Source of the DNA: a virus | Taxonomy: Duplodnaviria; Heunggongvirae; Uroviricota; Caudoviricetes | Length of the DNA stretch: 25,038 nucleotides | IMG/VR virus record: IMGVR_UViG_2671180444_000002 | Strand: one strand, 5' to 3' | Shown: positions 18,541 through 25,038 of the stretch, in pieces | Layout: every line of letters begins with the position of its first letter | How positions within the stretch are numbered: position 1 is the stretch's first letter | Program-made: the position numbers and the translations under genes | Notes under the pieces: generated by a model | Databases searched by the model: none | Told to the model about the DNA's origin: nothing | Seen by the model: only the letters and a program-made list of their open reading frames with translations

Positions 18541-19444
18541 TCGCCCTCCTGAGAGACGGGATTTACGTGCATCCAGTGCATCACGCATGACGGTGATCGC
18601 ATCGGTACTGTTAACAAGTTCATCAGCCAGTCCGGCATCAATGGCCTCCTGACCGCTGTACACTGCAGCCTCGGTATCCAGCACAGCCTGCACGGACAGG
18701 CCGGTATATGCCGACACCTTCTGTGCAAACATCCGGCGGGTTGCATCCATCCGGGACTGCAATGTTTCCCGGACATCATCCGGTAGATGGCTGTAGGGGT
18801 TGCCATCCACCTTATGGCTGCCGCTGTAAATCAGCGTGATTTCCACGCCCTGTTTCTCCAGTGCAGCGCCGTAATTACTGTGAGCCATCATGACGCCGAT
18901 GGAGCCTGTCCGGGCGGTCTGCGTGACCAGACGCCGGGAGGCGGCACTGGCAAGCAGCTGACCTGCGCTGCAGTTCATGTCATTGGCCAGCGCCCATACC
19001 GGCTTTATGTCACGCACACGGGCGATGATGTCAGCGCAGTCAAATGCTCCCGCCACCATTCCGCCCGGTGTGTCCATATCGAGCAGAATGCCGTCCACCA
19101 TCGGGTCGCTGGCAGCCTGTTGCAGACGGGCGATAATGCCGTTGTAACCGGTCATCCCCGAGTACGGCTGCAGCGCCCGCGTCCGGCTGACCAGCGTGCC
19201 GGACACCGGCAGCACGGCGATGCCGTTCATTACCTGATAACTGCGGGCCTGTCGTGGTCCGTCATCATCACCGGATAACGCCAGCGCCGCGGGTGCCTCT
19301 CCGGCAGTCAGGCTGTCGCCGGATACTGCATCCGTCAGGCAGCTGATCCCAAGCTGGCCTGCAAGCGCACAAAAGAAAACCCGCGCATAGGCGGGTTCAA
19401 GCATCAGCGGCTCATTAAAAGCCATGCTGGCAATATGCGGGAGA

Positions 19445-19464
<20 letters not shown>
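18145..19464 (-). CDS. C: Capsid assembly protease C, GTG start
   Basis: Lambda-like C begins (V/M)TAELRNLPHIASMAFNEPLMLEPAYARVFF... at a GTG (19462-19464), overlapping the B 3' end by 20 nt; 1320 nt as in lambda. The ORF track's upstream ATG lies inside B. Confidence 0.9.
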
Positions 19465-23145
<3,681 letters not shown>

Positions 23146-23171
<26 letters not shown>

Positions 23172-23691
23172 TCAGCAACCCCGGTATCAGTTCATCCAGC
23201 GCGGCTGCTTTGTTCATGGCTTTGATGATATCCCGTTTCAGGAAATCAACATGTCGGTTTTCCAGTTCCGGAAAACGCCGCTGCACCGACAGGGGGATCC
23301 CGTCGAGAATACTGGCAATTTCACCTGCGATCCGCGACAGCACGAAAGTACAGAATGCGGTTTCCACCACTTCAGCGGAGTCTCTGGCATTTTTCAGCTC
23401 CTGTGCGTCGGCCTGCGCACGCGTAAGTCGATGGCGTTCGTACTCAATAGTCCCTGGCTGGAGATCTGTCTCGCTGGCCTGCCGCAGTTCTTCAACTTCC
23501 CGGCGCAGCTTTTCGTTCTCAATTTCAGCATCCCTTTCGGCATACCATCTTATAACGGCGGCAGAGTCATAAAGCACCTCATTACCCTTGCCACCGCCTC
23601 GCAGAACGGGCATTCCCTGTTCCTGCCAGTTCTGAATGGTACGGATACTCGCACCGAAAATGTCAGCCAGCTGCTTTTTGTTGACTTCCAT
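23146..23691 (-). CDS. Nu1: Terminase small subunit Nu1
   Basis: 181 aa, MEVNKKQLADIFGASIRTIQNWQEQGMPVLRGGGKGNEVLYDSAAVIRWYAERDAEIENEKLRREVEEL..., matches lambda Nu1. Confidence 0.95.
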
Positions 23692-23900
23692 TGTTCATTC
23701 CACGGACAAAAACAGAGAAAGGAAACGACAGAGGCCAAAAAGCCCGTTTTCAGCACCTGTCGTTTCCTTTCTTTTCAGGGGGTGTTTTAAATAAAAACAT
23801 TAGGTTACGGCGAAGAAGAACGGAAACGCCTTAAACCGGAAAATTGTCATAAATAGCGAAAACCCGCGCGCCTTCCGCCCCGTAACCTGTCGGATCGCCG
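23692..23900 (-). promoter_or_regulatory. cos: cos site: cosB (R1, R2, R3 Nu1-binding repeats with an IHF-like A/T tract), cosN (cohesive-end core about 23869-23880) and cosQ-equivalent flank
   Basis: Just upstream of Nu1, colinear with the lambda left end. R elements (plus-strand text): GAAAGGAAACGACAG at about 23716-23733, CTGTCGTTTCCTTTC at about 23757-23776, GAAGAAGAACGGAAACG at about 23811-23830. Minus strand reads ...ACAGGTTACG GGGCGGAAGGCG CGCGGGTTTTCGCTATTTATGA... Confidence 0.8.
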
Positions 23901-24079
23901 GAAAGGACCCGCAAAATGATAATAATTATCATCTACATGTCACAACGTGCATCTACGCCATCAAACCACGTCAAATAATCAATTATGACGCAGGTATCGT
24001 ATTAATTGATCTGCATCAACTTAACGTAAAAACAACTTCAGACAATACAAATCAGCGACACTGAATACAGGGCAACCTC

Positions 24080-24313
24080 ATGTCAACGAAGAACAGAACC
24101 CGCAGAACAACAACCCGCAACATCCGCTTTCCTAACCAAATGATTGAACAAATTAACATCGCTCTTGTTCAAAAAGGGTCCGGGAATTTCTCAGCCTGGG
24201 TCATTGAAGCCTGCCGCCGGAGACTGTGCTCAGAAAAAAGAGTTTCGCCTGAAGCAAACAAAGAAAAGAGTGACATTACTGAATTGCTCAGAAAACAGGT
24301 TAGACCAGATTGA
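24080..24313 (+). CDS. Hypothetical 77-aa protein, probable ribbon-helix-helix DNA-binding fold
   Basis: MSTKNRTRRTTTRNIRFPNQMIEQINIALVQKGSGNFSAWVIEACRRRL...: basic N-terminal tail, short beta-strand (RNIRFP), then two helices; fold assignment is by pattern only. Confidence 0.45.
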   Translation: MSTKNRTRRTTTRNIRFPNQMIEQINIALVQKGSGNFSAWVIEACRRRLCSEKRVSPEANKEKSDITELLRKQVRPD

Positions 24314-24370
24314 AGCAATTTAGATAATCGTGCAGACTACGCCCCCTCATATCACATGGAAGGTACTACA

Positions 24371-24781
24371 ATGGCTCAGGTTGCCATTTTTAAACAAATA
24401 TTCGATAAAGTGCGAAATAATTTAAACTATCACTGGTTTTATTCTGAACTAAAACGTCACAATGTCTCACATTACATTTACTATTTAGCCACAGAGAATA
24501 TTCATCTTGTTCTTGAAAACGATAATACGGTTTTAATAAAAGGACAGGGTAAGGTTGTAAATGTAAGATTTTCAAAAAATAAATGCCTTATAGAAGCCAC
24601 CTTAAAAGGATTCAAATCAGGAGAGTTATCATTTTACGAATACAGGAAAAATCTTGCTACAGCAGGGGTTTTCAGATGGATTACAAATATCCACGAAAAC
24701 AAAAGGTATTACTATACCTTTGATAATTCATTACTCTTTACTGAGAACATACAGAACACTACACAAATATTTCCGCACTAA
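24371..24781 (+). CDS. Hypothetical 136-aa protein, possibly DUF1398 family (YbcV / lambda 'putative envelope protein'-like)
   Basis: AT-rich ORF. Shine-Dalgarno GGAAGG lies 7 nt before the ATG at 24371 ([17 protein letters not shown]...). The ORF track starts 5 codons earlier at 24356. Family assignment is from memory of size and position, not a search. Confidence 0.45.
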   Translation: MAQVAIFKQIFDKVRNNLNYHWFYSELKRHNVSHYIYYLATENIHLVLENDNTVLIKGQGKVVNVRFSKNKCLIEATLKGFKSGELSFYEYRKNLATAGVFRWITNIHENKRYYYTFDNSLLFTENIQNTTQIFPH

Positions 24782-25038
24782 ATCATAACGTCCGGTTTCT
24801 TCCGTGCCAGAACCGGACTCGCTGGCATGATGAAATATGTGTACCCGGTAACCCCGGTGTGCATCGTTTTTGATTATTCCCGCACACTCGCGCAGAAGGA
24901 GTTCCCCGTCGGGCTACGGTCTCTGTTAATACGGGAATACGGCGACGATTGGATTTGCCCCTATATTTCCAGACATCTGTTATCACTTAACCCATTACAA
25001 GCCCGCTGCCGCAGATATTCCCGTGGCGAGCGATAACC

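Noticed and set aside
24827-25036. 69-aa plus-strand ORF at the window edge as Bor
   Set aside because: Sequence (MMKYVYPVTPVCIVFDYS...) lacks a lipoprotein signal and Bor-like features; it may be a partial or spurious ORF, so it is left unannotated.

Overview
This window is the morphogenesis (head and tail) arm of a lambda-like prophage, almost colinear with phage lambda, with every structural gene on the minus strand. Reading right to left: cos, Nu1, A, W, B, C with nested Nu3, D, E, FI, FII, Z, U, V, G and G-T (with a GGGAAAG slippery site), H, M, L, K, I, J, a lom 3' end, stf and tfa. Gene lengths and overlaps match lambda to the base for most genes. Protein identities were recognised from memory of the lambda proteins; no search was run. 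Departures from lambda are at the edges and the tail tip: (1) the left 83 nt are the terminus of an IS1 element, followed by about 750 bp of AT-rich DNA with no ORF of 60 aa or more but with one intrinsic terminator and a 33-aa hydrophobic mini-ORF; (2) stf is a long (about 1027 aa) mosaic side tail fibre; (3) cosN differs from lambda in the 12-nt cohesive-end core although Nu1 next to it is near-identical; (4) beyond cos lie two AT-rich plus-strand ORFs (a ribbon-helix-helix-like protein of 77 aa and a DUF1398-like protein of 136 aa), and bor is not found. Three N-runs (1101-1390, 4672-4884, 8007-8256) hide parts of tfa, the J/lom junction and the J N-terminal region. I see no complete, clearly novel multi-gene system in the readable sequence; the best candidates for undescribed biology are the AT-rich left island and the cos-proximal RHH/DUF1398 pair.
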